Virus record (IMG/VR): IMGVR_UViG_3300025425_001694
Length of the DNA: 64,000 bases
Source: a virus
Strand: one strand, 5' to 3'
In this document: positions 19,550 to 28,836 of the stretch, in pieces
Layout of the letters: each line of letters starts with the position of its first letter
How positions within the stretch are numbered: the stretch's first letter is position 1
The notes under the pieces: generated by a model
The model's input: the letters and a program-made list of their open reading frames with translations, nothing else
Told to the model about the DNA's origin: nothing
Databases searched by the model: none
Program-made: the position numbers and the translations under genes

Positions 19550-19875
19550 ATACCAAAGTAACACAAACTTTGCCATCTGTTATTACAAATAATGATCGTA
19601 AAGTTATTCAAAATGCGTTAAAAGAAATGTCAGATTCTATGACAAGAATTTCAGCTGAGAAAGATCTACAAAAAGAAATTTCAGAACAAATGGTTGAAAA
19701 ACTAAACGTGCCAAAACGTGAATTCAATAGACTTGCTAAAATTTTTCATGCTTCTAATCTCATGGAAGAAGCCGCGAGGAATGAAGAATTCATGGAATTT
19801 GCAGAAGCTGTTATGGCCCCGGTTTCTAATAGAATTGAAGATAATAACAAATTACCCGAAGTTGAAATTGTATGA
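19546..19875 (+). CDS. dsbA: T4 DsbA-like dsDNA-binding protein
   Basis: LKEMSDSMTRI.AEKD..KEI.....EKLNVPKREFNRLAKIFH resembles the T4 DsbA core (IKEASD...ELGVDGKMFNRLLALYH). Confidence 0.7.
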   Translation: MNTKVTQTLPSVITNNDRKVIQNALKEMSDSMTRISAEKDLQKEISEQMVEKLNVPKREFNRLAKIFHASNLMEEAARNEEFMEFAEAVMAPVSNRIEDNNKLPEVEIV

Positions 19876-20096
19876 AGCCGAACAGAAACTTTGACTTTGA
19901 TGTAAATGAATTGGACTTAGTAGAATATTCTATGAAATATCGTATGTCTCGTTTACAAAAACGCCGGGCAACTGTAAAAAAAGAAACAAGCCGATTAGCT
20001 ATTGACAATGAAATAAAACAGATATATACACTACTAGGAAAGATACATAATCAAAAAGTTTGGTATAGACCTAAGGGGTTTGTTCCAGGCGGGTAA
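19872..20096 (+). CDS. hypothetical protein
   Basis: 74 aa; ATGA overlap with the upstream gene; ends LLGKIHNQKVWYRPK. Confidence 0.65.
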   Translation: MKPNRNFDFDVNELDLVEYSMKYRMSRLQKRRATVKKETSRLAIDNEIKQIYTLLGKIHNQKVWYRPKGFVPGG

Positions 20097-20158
20097 AATG
20101 CTATTTTGGAGCTCCAAGGCAGCTATCAATGATAATATTCAAATAAGAAAGAAAAGCA

Positions 20159-20368
20159 ATGAATCGCGAAGATAGAAATGATTTTACTATATTAGAAACA
20201 AATCGTACTACCGGTCAAAAAATATGGCAAATAATTTTAGGAGGCAAAGCTATTACAGTCTGTGTTACTGAAAAGCAAGCAGTTGACCTTGCAAAAAATT
20301 TAAATTTAGATCCATATTTTTTAAACAGAGGTCAAACACGTTCGGATGTAGCTGCGCGGTATAATTAA
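20159..20368 (+). CDS. hypothetical protein
   Basis: 69-aa ORF, last of the + strand block. Confidence 0.55.
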   Translation: MNREDRNDFTILETNRTTGQKIWQIILGGKAITVCVTEKQAVDLAKNLNLDPYFLNRGQTRSDVAARYN

Positions 20369-20378
20369 AACCAAAGAT

Positions 20379-20406
20379 AAAAAAAGGGAGATCCGAAGAT
20401 CTCCCT
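20379..20406 (-). terminator. rho-independent terminator after gp23, cUUCGg tetraloop
   Basis: minus strand reads AGGGAGATC-TTCG-GATCTCCCT-TTTTTT. Confidence 0.88.
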
Positions 20407-20425
20407 AGTATTCGTAAAGAATTGT

Positions 20426-20456
20426 AGAGGAGGGGTTTATCCCCTCTTCTTTTTTT
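20426..20456 (+). terminator. rho-independent terminator for the + strand block
   Basis: AGAGGAGGGG-TTTAT-CCCCTCTTCT followed by a T-run. Confidence 0.8.
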
Positions 20457-20457
20457 A

Positions 20458-21768
20458 TTAGAACAAGTTGCTTACGCGAACTCTGCGGTAGTATACGTTA
20501 GTGTTATCTGTAAGAGCACCTTCACTGCGTGTTGGGCCTGCTGCGAACGGGTTAGCAACCATGCCGTAACGTGTTTTAAAGCCGATTTTTGGCTGGAAGG
20601 AATTCTCACCAACTGCGCGGTACATTTGCAATGGTACGTATGGGCAATAGAAGAGTCCTGCGTCGAATGCAGAAGAACCTTTATAACCAACAACCAGATA
20701 ATTGCTACCTGCATATGGATCGATATATACTCTGTAACGACCGTTTAGGATACCTGCGAATGTATTGCCTGTATCATCAACGTTAAGTGCGTTGCTGTTA
20801 AGAGCTGGAGTATAATCAAGAACACCAGACATCTGAAGTGCCGATGCAACATCGGAAGAACAGATAACGATGTTACCTTTACCGCGACGAGTTGCTTTTG
20901 CAATCGCGTTGGCTTCGATTTCAACTTGGAACATCAAGCCTTTGAATTTCTCAACTGACCAACGACCGTTTGCGTCAACATCCAAGTCAAACACACCAGC
21001 TGATGCAGTAGATGCAGCACCGGTTACGGCTGTGTTATAGATTGTACGAACAACTTCACGGTTGATTTCTGCGAGGATTTCAGATTGAAGAATGTTTGCA
21101 AGCTCAGTTTCTGCGTCAAGACCATGAACAGCACGAAGATCTTGTGCAAGCTCAGTGGTATATTCTGCTTTCAATGCGCGGCTTTTTGCAGCAACAGTAA
21201 CTTTTTCGATAGCAAGAGCCATCTCTGCAAAGTTTGTACCGCCACCGTCGCCAAGTGCTTCAGCATCCGCAGTAGCAAGACCAGTACCAGTTGGGGCTGT
21301 TGCGCCTCCACCAGTAGAGCCTGACATTGCGCCTGTACCTGAGAAGTCGGTATCAGCTTCGTTATAAAACGCTTCTTGTGCAGTGTTACCTGTCATTGCA
21401 TTCATGTTAGAACGCATTGCGAAGATAAGACCTGTTGGGCCTGTCATTGGCTGTACACCAGCAATGTCGTATGCCATCAAGTTTGGCATTGAACGGCGAA
21501 CCAAGCTGATTAGAACTGGGTCATAACCTGCTGTTGGAGTTGCTGAACCAGAACCAAATCCGCCAGTTCCAGCTGCGTTTGTTGGAGCTTCTTGTAAAAG
21601 CGAAGTCATATTGATTGACTGATCGCCACTTTCTACAAGTGCCTTTTCTGTGTTTTCAAGAAGAGTAGCAGTAACTGCTTTTCTGTGCTCGTCTTTGATT
21701 GTTGCGAAAGATGAGTGCTCAAGAAGAGGACCCCACTTTTCGATTAATGATCTGCTAGATTGACTCAT
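20458..21768 (-). CDS. gp23: major capsid protein
   Basis: DPVLISLVRR, GVQPMTGPTGLIFAMR, SRALKAEYT.ELAQDLRAVHGLDAE.EL, FQPKIGFKTRYG. Confidence 0.98.
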   Translation of the reverse strand: MSQSSRSLIEKWGPLLEHSSFATIKDEHRKAVTATLLENTEKALVESGDQSINMTSLLQEAPTNAAGTGGFGSGSATPTAGYDPVLISLVRRSMPNLMAYDIAGVQPMTGPTGLIFAMRSNMNAMTGNTAQEAFYNEADTDFSGTGAMSGSTGGGATAPTGTGLATADAEALGDGGGTNFAEMALAIEKVTVAAKSRALKAEYTTELAQDLRAVHGLDAETELANILQSEILAEINREVVRTIYNTAVTGAASTASAGVFDLDVDANGRWSVEKFKGLMFQVEIEANAIAKATRRGKGNIVICSSDVASALQMSGVLDYTPALNSNALNVDDTGNTFAGILNGRYRVYIDPYAGSNYLVVGYKGSSAFDAGLFYCPYVPLQMYRAVGENSFQPKIGFKTRYGMVANPFAAGPTRSEGALTDNTNVYYRRVRVSNLF

Positions 21769-21805
21769 TTTGTCACTCCTATCTCTGTTGTTTTAATTAT
21801 AGTGG

Positions 21806-21813
21806 TATTTATA
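21806..21813 (-). promoter_or_regulatory. T4 late promoter for gp23
   Basis: TATAAATA on the minus strand; exact copies also at 22802, 23525, 24703, 28818, 35128, 45314, 45907, 47859, 49029, 51567, 55786, 56848 and 63785, all at gene boundaries. Confidence 0.85.
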
Positions 21814-21825
21814 ATTTGTTTATTT

Positions 21826-22761
21826 TCACTTTTGTTTGTTATTGATCGCTTCAACGATTGCAGAAACCGAAGAATATTGAGAAACTGGTTTTCTTGTTTC
21901 AGTCTCTTCAGTAAGAACTTCATCTTCTGTTTCTTCGCTTATTACTTGCGCCTTTTTAGCTTTAAAGAATGATTCCTTAAGGGTACCAAGATCTGCCTCA
22001 TATGCTTGAATGTCGTCGTTATCAAGCTTTTCTGACAAAGATTTTAATCTTTCTTTCTGAGAGACTGTAAGTCCTTCTGAAATATCATCAAAAACTTTTT
22101 CAGCTTTGAGACTGGCTATTTCCTTTGCAAGGGAAATATTTTCGTTGATAGCTTCATTTGTTTGATTTTGAAGTTCACCAACTTGTTCTTCTAACCCAGC
22201 AACCACATCAACTGTTTCTTCATCAATGTCAATATTGTGAGCAGAGAAAATATCTCTGAGACCGTCCATTAATGATTCTGCCATTTCTACTTTAATGCCA
22301 GACTCTACAGCCACTTTATTTTCTTCCATCCACTGCTCAACAACATAGTCGAGATACGAGTCTAGGTTTTCGGTAATTTCTTCTATAGCTTCGTTAACAG
22401 TTTCAACTAATTTGTTATCAAACTCTTCTTCAAGAGCGGTAACAGCTTCGTTCACTTTTGTGTTTGTTGCTTCTCTAACAGCTGTTTCAAATACTAATGA
22501 TACTTTAGATTTGAACTCTTCAGAAAGATCTGTACCTTCAAACATTGAAGCAATAGACTCTTCAACAGATACAACTTCTTCTGCATCAACGTCGTCAGTT
22601 TCTTCTGACATAGGTGGCGCTTCTACAGTATCCGCTTTAGGATCTACTTTCTTTTTAACATCAGCTTTTTTCTTTTTAACTTCGCCGCCTGCTGGTGTCG
22701 TTGGTTCTGGAACCTCGGATACACCGTCGTCAGCAACGAATTTTTCTTCTAACTCTGACAT
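21826..22761 (-). CDS. gp22: prohead core scaffold protein
   Basis: LSEEFK.K...FE.A, LD.YL.YVVE.W..EN..A, LKESFF; lies between gp21 and gp23. Confidence 0.9.
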   Translation of the reverse strand: MSELEEKFVADDGVSEVPEPTTPAGGEVKKKKADVKKKVDPKADTVEAPPMSEETDDVDAEEVVSVEESIASMFEGTDLSEEFKSKVSLVFETAVREATNTKVNEAVTALEEEFDNKLVETVNEAIEEITENLDSYLDYVVEQWMEENKVAVESGIKVEMAESLMDGLRDIFSAHNIDIDEETVDVVAGLEEQVGELQNQTNEAINENISLAKEIASLKAEKVFDDISEGLTVSQKERLKSLSEKLDNDDIQAYEADLGTLKESFFKAKKAQVISEETEDEVLTEETETRKPVSQYSSVSAIVEAINNKQK

Positions 22762-22813
22762 ATTTACTCTCCTCTTATTTGGATTCGTGTTATATTATCC
22801 ATATTTATAATTT

Positions 22814-23500
22814 TTAATTTTTCAGAGAAGTAAGGAATTTCTCAAAGAGTTTGGCGGCGTGTGACTCGTCAATTACTCTAACAGTTTTCTTATATTCCCT
22901 TTTCACTTCTTGAACTATTTCCTCAACAACCTGTTGAACAGCATATTGTCTCCAAGTCCCAGCGGCAATATCATAATAATATTCCGTATTTTCCATTATA
23001 CCATTCACAAAACAATCAGGTCCAGAAGGATCTGTTACAATATCAACAGTTGCTAAATGAAAGTCGTCTTGCACTTCCATTACGCCGTCTTTAGTAGGTT
23101 TGACAGAACCAAGACCACGCGTAGAAACACCAACCCTTACACCTTCATCTACGAAAGTTTTAACAATCTCACCCATTGGTGTCGACAAGATTTTTGCCTT
23201 CCCAATAAAGTTTGATCCTTCACGCTTCATTTCAGTAATAAGATGAGAAACTCTATCACCGTTAATTTGCGGTCCGTCAGGATGTCCTAATTCACCAAGA
23301 GCTCTTTTTGGTTCAATAAAGTTCTTTTGGTATCTATTCATTTCTTTTTCAAGAATAGTTGAAGGATATATGCGACCGTTACGATTTTTCATATCGCCTT
23401 GCATGAAGATACCTTCAATGAAGTAATTCTTCTTACCATTTTCAGCTGCTTCGGTAACAACCTCGCAATCTTCATTGAATACTTCAGTAATTAACTTCAT
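22814..23500 (-). CDS. gp21: prohead protease
   Basis: MKLITE, IEGIFMQ...NRNGR.YP, ALGELGHP, GVSTRGLGS, DIVTDPS. Confidence 0.95.
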   Translation of the reverse strand: MKLITEVFNEDCEVVTEAAENGKKNYFIEGIFMQGDMKNRNGRIYPSTILEKEMNRYQKNFIEPKRALGELGHPDGPQINGDRVSHLITEMKREGSNFIGKAKILSTPMGEIVKTFVDEGVRVGVSTRGLGSVKPTKDGVMEVQDDFHLATVDIVTDPSGPDCFVNGIMENTEYYYDIAAGTWRQYAVQQVVEEIVQEVKREYKKTVRVIDESHAAKLFEKFLTSLKN

Positions 23501-23527
23501 GTATATACTCCTCGTTGTATCTTTTAT

Positions 23528-23752
23528 TTATACTCTAGCATCGTAGTAGTTTTTAGATAATTCGCCGCGTTCAGTAGTTTCTCCAGCTTTCCTAACTTTA
23601 ACATACGTTTTTTGTACGTTTCCAAGAGGAGTTGTGAAAGTTCGAACACCAGCTGCTGTAGTTCCGTTTGCGCCTGAATATGTTGCTGCGGCCGTGGCAG
23701 CATTATCATATTCCCATATGCTGTTTGATCCTGGAACTACTACCCAAGCCAT
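23528..23752 (-). CDS. small hypothetical protein in the head module
   Basis: likely start MAWVVVPGSNSIWEY at 23752, immediately after the upstream stop. Confidence 0.6.
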   Translation of the reverse strand: MAWVVVPGSNSIWEYDNAATAAATYSGANGTTAAGVRTFTTPLGNVQKTYVKVRKAGETTERGELSKNYYDARV

Positions 23753-23753
23753 A

Positions 23754-24671
23754 TTACATTGCTTCTCTTGCGAAACCAAGAATTTCTTCAAACCCTGACT
23801 TATCTGCCATCGCAGTACTTTGCATTTTCTTACGGTTCGTAGAAGAAAGATCTTTGAACATTTGGTTTAAAAGATCAGCATCTTGTTTCTTTAGAATAAC
23901 AGAAGAACCGTCCTTAAATTTTACCATTCCGGTTGCAAACTTTTCGTTTAAGTCTTCGTCAATTTCGGCTTCTTCGGACTTGTCCCAAGGTGCTTTCTTC
24001 AAAGATACTTTACCTTTAGGCTGCACCTTCATTCCTTGAAGAGCTCTTGTAATTGTTTTTTGCGAAATTTTTACAGTTTTTTTCGAACTTTTTGCTTCAT
24101 CAATTTCGGCTTCTTCGCCCATAGACATTACTTCAGCTGTAGCGTAACTATATAATGTTTGCATTTCTTTAGCAACACCAGCTAATTTGTTTTGGAACCA
24201 TTCTTCAGGATCTTGTGTTGATTGAACATAACGAGCAATACCCTGTACATTGTGTGACATTGAACGCAACGCATTCATCATCATTGGCTTTTCTTCCATT
24301 GGGTTTTCAGAAAGCTCAACTTCTTCTTTAGCAATAGCTTTAGAAATAGCTTTGCGGCGCTTATGTAGATATTCGTCAGAATCGTCAACATCGCCATCAT
24401 TGTCAATATCTTTATCTTTACGATCTTTGTGCTTACCTTTAAGGGCTTTTGCATCTACTGGATCTATAGCTTCGTATACAGATGCATCTTCTCCAGGTGC
24501 AAGATCTGCCCTACGCTTGAGTTTAGCTGTCCCAGGTATTTCACCAGTAAACTGATGATCTAAAGCAACAGGATGGCCAACTTTAGTTACGATGTGTTTA
24601 TCCTTAAATGCTTTTTCGTCGCCTGCTTTTGGCTGAGCAACTTCAGATATTAAATTCTTAAAGGTTTTCAT
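23754..24671 (-). CDS. putative prohead core / internal head protein (gp67/gp68 position)
   Basis: between gp20 and gp21; highly charged; MKTFK start; DKDIDNDGDVDDSDEYL motif; has its own late promoter. Confidence 0.55.
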   Translation of the reverse strand: MKTFKNLISEVAQPKAGDEKAFKDKHIVTKVGHPVALDHQFTGEIPGTAKLKRRADLAPGEDASVYEAIDPVDAKALKGKHKDRKDKDIDNDGDVDDSDEYLHKRRKAISKAIAKEEVELSENPMEEKPMMMNALRSMSHNVQGIARYVQSTQDPEEWFQNKLAGVAKEMQTLYSYATAEVMSMGEEAEIDEAKSSKKTVKISQKTITRALQGMKVQPKGKVSLKKAPWDKSEEAEIDEDLNEKFATGMVKFKDGSSVILKKQDADLLNQMFKDLSSTNRKKMQSTAMADKSGFEEILGFAREAM

Positions 24672-26344
24672 TTTTGAGGCTTTCTTTTAAATGATTTTGT
24701 TTTATTTATAACTTTAAGTGATTCTTCAGCATCGATTTCGGTATTATCATCTGCTGGCTCATCATCTGTAGGCTCTTGTTCTGAATCATCAAAATCGTCT
24801 TCTGCATCCATGCCCGGATCGTCTGGGTCATTGTATAGACCAGCCGATCTTTCTTGATCAATTTGCAGTTGCATTTCGCGCATTTCATCGTCAGTCATGA
24901 ATAGAACATTTTTGGTAATCCATTGTCTTGAATAATATTTGCCTACTTGTTCTTCCATATCTCTTAACGTTGTTATTTTTTCGCGTAGAATTTCAGTCTG
25001 TTTTAATTCTTCAAAATAGTTATCTTTCATAAAGTCATAACGTATTTTGTTTTTAATATCGCCCCACTCTTCAGGATCTAAAACACCTTTTAAGATTAAT
25101 TGCTTTTCAAGTAGAGAATCAAATAAACCTGAGAATCTGTTTCTTAATCTACGAATAAACTTACTAAACTTTATTTCATCACGCGTCATTTCAGAAACAC
25201 GGCCCATACTATACATATTTTCTGGCTCTAATCTAGAAACAGGAACTTTTAGCGATTTATATAATTTTCTTTGGAAATACGAAAGATTTTCATCACCACT
25301 TAGCGCTGCAGCATTACCACCAGCTAAAATATCCACTTCTGTAGATCTTTCTCCACCTCGGCGAGGAAACCAAAAATCTTCAGTCATAGTCATAAACTTA
25401 CGACCATCTGTGATATCGCCACTATCTGAATCATACTGCAGTTTATTTTTATGGCGAGTCATCATGTCATGTAAGTATTGTTCAGCTTTTGCTTTTGGCA
25501 ACTGACCTACATCGATATAAAATATTCTTCTTTCAGGAGCTCTTGTAATTGTATAAATTACAGTAGCATCTTCCAACATACGAAGTTGGTTTAACGGTTT
25601 AATAGCAGGATGTAAATACGAAAGAATTAGCGAATTATTTTCGTTCATATACCCAGAAGTTATTCTTGCTACTGAATCTTTTGCAATTCTATAACCCTGA
25701 ACAGTTTGCCCAGATGAAACATTGGAACTAACCGCTTTGGATCCAAACCCTGAATCGGAATAAAGATAATATTCTTTCTTAACTTTTTTCAAAGGAATTC
25801 CAGAATGAGGATCTTTTTGTTTTTCATCCATTTCTTTAATAAGACGAAGTTTCCGCGGATCTATATAACGAACTTCTTTTATGCCATCTTTTAAGTTTTC
25901 ATTGTCTATGATAACATGATAATTTAATCTGCCATCTACGTAAAACTTTTGAAAAATGTCATATCCATAATTTGAAAAGTCAAGAAAACGAAGAATTTCT
26001 TCAAATTCCTCTATTATTCTATCTTTTACTTTGTCTGGTAAATTCGTATCATCTAAAACAACTTCAACAGCGTTTTCATGCGAATCAATGTTTATAGCTT
26101 CGTTAATAACTTCATCAACGGCCTGTGAAATTTCGGGCTGCAACATCATACCACGGTATTTTGTCACTAATTCGCCTTCAGACTTGGCATCGCCATCCAT
26201 ATTAATAGAAATACCATAGGATCCCCCGAGAGAGTTTCCTATGGTAATTGCGCCTTCGTCGTTAGTCGGTTCTACAAAAGAAACCGCAATGTCTTCATCA
26301 GCGCCGCCGATATCTTTTTTTATTTCAAAACCAAAAATTCGCAT
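24668..26344 (-). CDS. gp20: portal vertex protein
   Basis: YIDPRK, NQLRMLEDA.VIY.ITRAPERRIFYIDVG.LPK.KAEQY, EDFWFPRR. Confidence 0.97.
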   Translation of the reverse strand: MRIFGFEIKKDIGGADEDIAVSFVEPTNDEGAITIGNSLGGSYGISINMDGDAKSEGELVTKYRGMMLQPEISQAVDEVINEAINIDSHENAVEVVLDDTNLPDKVKDRIIEEFEEILRFLDFSNYGYDIFQKFYVDGRLNYHVIIDNENLKDGIKEVRYIDPRKLRLIKEMDEKQKDPHSGIPLKKVKKEYYLYSDSGFGSKAVSSNVSSGQTVQGYRIAKDSVARITSGYMNENNSLILSYLHPAIKPLNQLRMLEDATVIYTITRAPERRIFYIDVGQLPKAKAEQYLHDMMTRHKNKLQYDSDSGDITDGRKFMTMTEDFWFPRRGGERSTEVDILAGGNAAALSGDENLSYFQRKLYKSLKVPVSRLEPENMYSMGRVSEMTRDEIKFSKFIRRLRNRFSGLFDSLLEKQLILKGVLDPEEWGDIKNKIRYDFMKDNYFEELKQTEILREKITTLRDMEEQVGKYYSRQWITKNVLFMTDDEMREMQLQIDQERSAGLYNDPDDPGMDAEDDFDDSEQEPTDDEPADDNTEIDAEESLKVINKTKSFKRKPQK

Positions 26345-26363
26345 TAATTAATCATCCTATAAA

Positions 26364-26897
26364 TTAAGTAGTTGAAGTGCCAGTAGTTCCTTCAACTCTC
26401 CACAGATCGTATTGGAATGTAACTCCAAATTCTTCGATAACATCTGTAGATTCCCATGAAAGGGGTATCGCGTCAACTGTGACAGGATATATACCCTCGA
26501 ATACGTATGTTCTAAGCAAAGATCCATCTTTACCAAACTGTGTTACAATCGCGTTTGATTTGTAATCTTGTGGTAACGACCGTGCATTAGAATCATGAGT
26601 ATTTATCGCATTTGACCATGTTTCCATCGCGTTGCGAACTAAAAAGTCCTCATCGTTGATACACGTAACGGGCCAATCTTCAAACGTCCTATCTCCAGCA
26701 TATTTGACTTGACGACCAAAGTATGGAACCACATAAGAACCTAGAGTTGATCCAGGTAATGCTGCAGTTTTAACCATAAATGGTACTTTCAAATCAGCAA
26801 GGCCAGTGATTGGATTTGTGATTTGCACTTGGAAGAGGGTAGGTCTTGCCCCACCCCCTACTAATTGCGATTTAAATTCGTTGATATTAAATGCCAT
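26364..26897 (-). CDS. gp19: tail tube protein
   Basis: GGARPTLF, F.GR..K.AGDRTF.DW..T..ND.DF. Confidence 0.95.
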   Translation of the reverse strand: MAFNINEFKSQLVGGGARPTLFQVQITNPITGLADLKVPFMVKTAALPGSTLGSYVVPYFGRQVKYAGDRTFEDWPVTCINDEDFLVRNAMETWSNAINTHDSNARSLPQDYKSNAIVTQFGKDGSLLRTYVFEGIYPVTVDAIPLSWESTDVIEEFGVTFQYDLWRVEGTTGTSTT

Positions 26898-26921
26898 GAT
26901 TATCTCCTTTTCTTTTATTTA

Positions 26922-28763
26922 TTAGAGTGGCTGACCAACGATTTCATCAAACTCAACGCCAGTTCTTGTGGCAACGAATGTCAATTCAATAACGTTAATT
27001 GAACGAGCAGGCTTAATAAAGATATTGCCTCTAAACAAGTTTTTATCAACAACATCTGGGGTATTTACAGTTGCATCAGATACAACCCTGAAATCAATAA
27101 TACCACGCTTTCCTTGAATATCGCGAAGGAATGGTTCCACTAAGTTTTTAAACTGCGTTTGAGTAAACTCATCGTTAAAGTCAAAGAGGAACGACGCCGA
27201 CACCGTAGATATAGCTTTCTCAACTGTGATGAAGAGGCGGCGAACATTAATACGAGTAAATGCGCTCCCAGTTGCTGTACCAAGTCCAGTTTTATCACCA
27301 AAGAGTAATACACCTTGGCCTACTTGAGTAATAACTGGGTTAATATCAGCACCGTATAATTGGTCTCTTTGAGCTTTATTTGGATTAAATGCTAATTTAA
27401 CAACATTTTTAATAATACCTCTTTTAAAACCAGCTGGTGATACCCAAGGTTCTACTCTCACAGAAAGACCTGCAATGTCACCGTTTAAAGGTACCCAACG
27501 ATATTCGTCGTTATATTTGTCGTAACGATATTTATATCCGCTGTCCATAAACCAATAAGACGAAGATTGCACAAGATTTCTAAATGCAATAACATTTGTC
27601 ATTTTAGTTTCAGGATTTGATGGAGTAACAGCATCAGCTAAAGGCGGCGAAAAGTAAACAACGCAATCTTTTCTATGTTCAGCAATATTTGCTACAACAT
27701 AGTTTGCGAGATTTGAGCTATCAGATTTACCACAAATAATAGCTGAAATATCAACTTCATTAGCATCTTTATATAAATCGTAACCTAATGCTACTTGTCC
27801 AAACGGTACCGCAGCTTCGCCAAGACCGTCTGTGCCATCTGCCATACGATCATAAATTGGAATTGTAATAGCAGTACTAACCAATGTGCCAAGAGCTATT
27901 TGGTTAACCCATGCAGAAGAATTAAATATCACAGTAGGATAATAATTGTTTGTGCCGTCCGGGAGTTTTGCATTGGAATTAACTGATAAGTTTTCATATA
28001 ATTCAAGAACAGTACCAGCAGTTCCAGTGATTTCGCCACCAGCATCAATAACAGCAATGTGAATATTGTTTGCATTTGACGGCGCAGATTGCGCTATATT
28101 TGCATATCCCCATTTTCTTGTTATTTTTAATAGTGCAAGATCTGTTTCAGCTAACGTAAATCTGTTTTTTGTTGTTATTGTATAGTTAAATGGTGCAGAG
28201 CCAGGACTTGCGGTATCATCAGAAAATGCGGATACAATAAGTTCTTGGTACCCTACTGAATCGTTTCCTATTCGTATAATATCATCTTGTTGAATTTCAC
28301 CAATTTCGGCTGTTAAACCAGTTATGCTAAAAGATGTTGAGTTAAACGTAATAGTACCTGCTATATCGCCTATAGCCACAATCGCTTCCTCATAAGATGT
28401 AGAAGTTACTACGGAAACTTCAATGCTATTTCCTAGTTCTCCTGGATACTTTGCCTGAAAATACGTATTATCAGCGATTGCAGTATTTGCCCCATCAGTG
28501 ACGCGAGTTACATATAACGCGTTTGAATATGACAAAAAGTCTGCTGCACTAAAAAAGGTTTCATGGTTTTGCCAAGTAGTGTTTGCGTGTGGTTTACCAA
28601 AACGACTAGCTAGTTCTTCTTCCGAAGAAACTAAAATGCGTTCGTTAACTGGACCCCAACGAAAAACACCGGCAATAGCGGCAGGTGGTGTTCCAATGGC
28701 CGGTATTACTGCCGACGCATCTACTTCCCTGACGATGACGGATGGACTTACAGAAAAAGTCAT
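26922..28763 (-). CDS. gp18: contractile tail sheath protein
   Basis: SP.V..RE.D, F.WGP, YD.YND..RWVPLNGD.AG, RINVRRLF, IKPARSIN. Confidence 0.97.
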   Translation of the reverse strand: MTFSVSPSVIVREVDASAVIPAIGTPPAAIAGVFRWGPVNERILVSSEEELASRFGKPHANTTWQNHETFFSAADFLSYSNALYVTRVTDGANTAIADNTYFQAKYPGELGNSIEVSVVTSTSYEEAIVAIGDIAGTITFNSTSFSITGLTAEIGEIQQDDIIRIGNDSVGYQELIVSAFSDDTASPGSAPFNYTITTKNRFTLAETDLALLKITRKWGYANIAQSAPSNANNIHIAVIDAGGEITGTAGTVLELYENLSVNSNAKLPDGTNNYYPTVIFNSSAWVNQIALGTLVSTAITIPIYDRMADGTDGLGEAAVPFGQVALGYDLYKDANEVDISAIICGKSDSSNLANYVVANIAEHRKDCVVYFSPPLADAVTPSNPETKMTNVIAFRNLVQSSSYWFMDSGYKYRYDKYNDEYRWVPLNGDIAGLSVRVEPWVSPAGFKRGIIKNVVKLAFNPNKAQRDQLYGADINPVITQVGQGVLLFGDKTGLGTATGSAFTRINVRRLFITVEKAISTVSASFLFDFNDEFTQTQFKNLVEPFLRDIQGKRGIIDFRVVSDATVNTPDVVDKNLFRGNIFIKPARSINVIELTFVATRTGVEFDEIVGQPL

Positions 28764-28836
28764 ATTTTTCTCCCCTGTGTAAGGTTATTTGACACTTGTT
28801 TTCAATCTATTCTTGTCTATTTATAAAAAACCGTTT

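Noticed and set aside
20002-20032. CTATTGACA promoter-like motif inside ORF 19872-20096
   Set aside because: No convincing -10 box at 16-18 nt spacing
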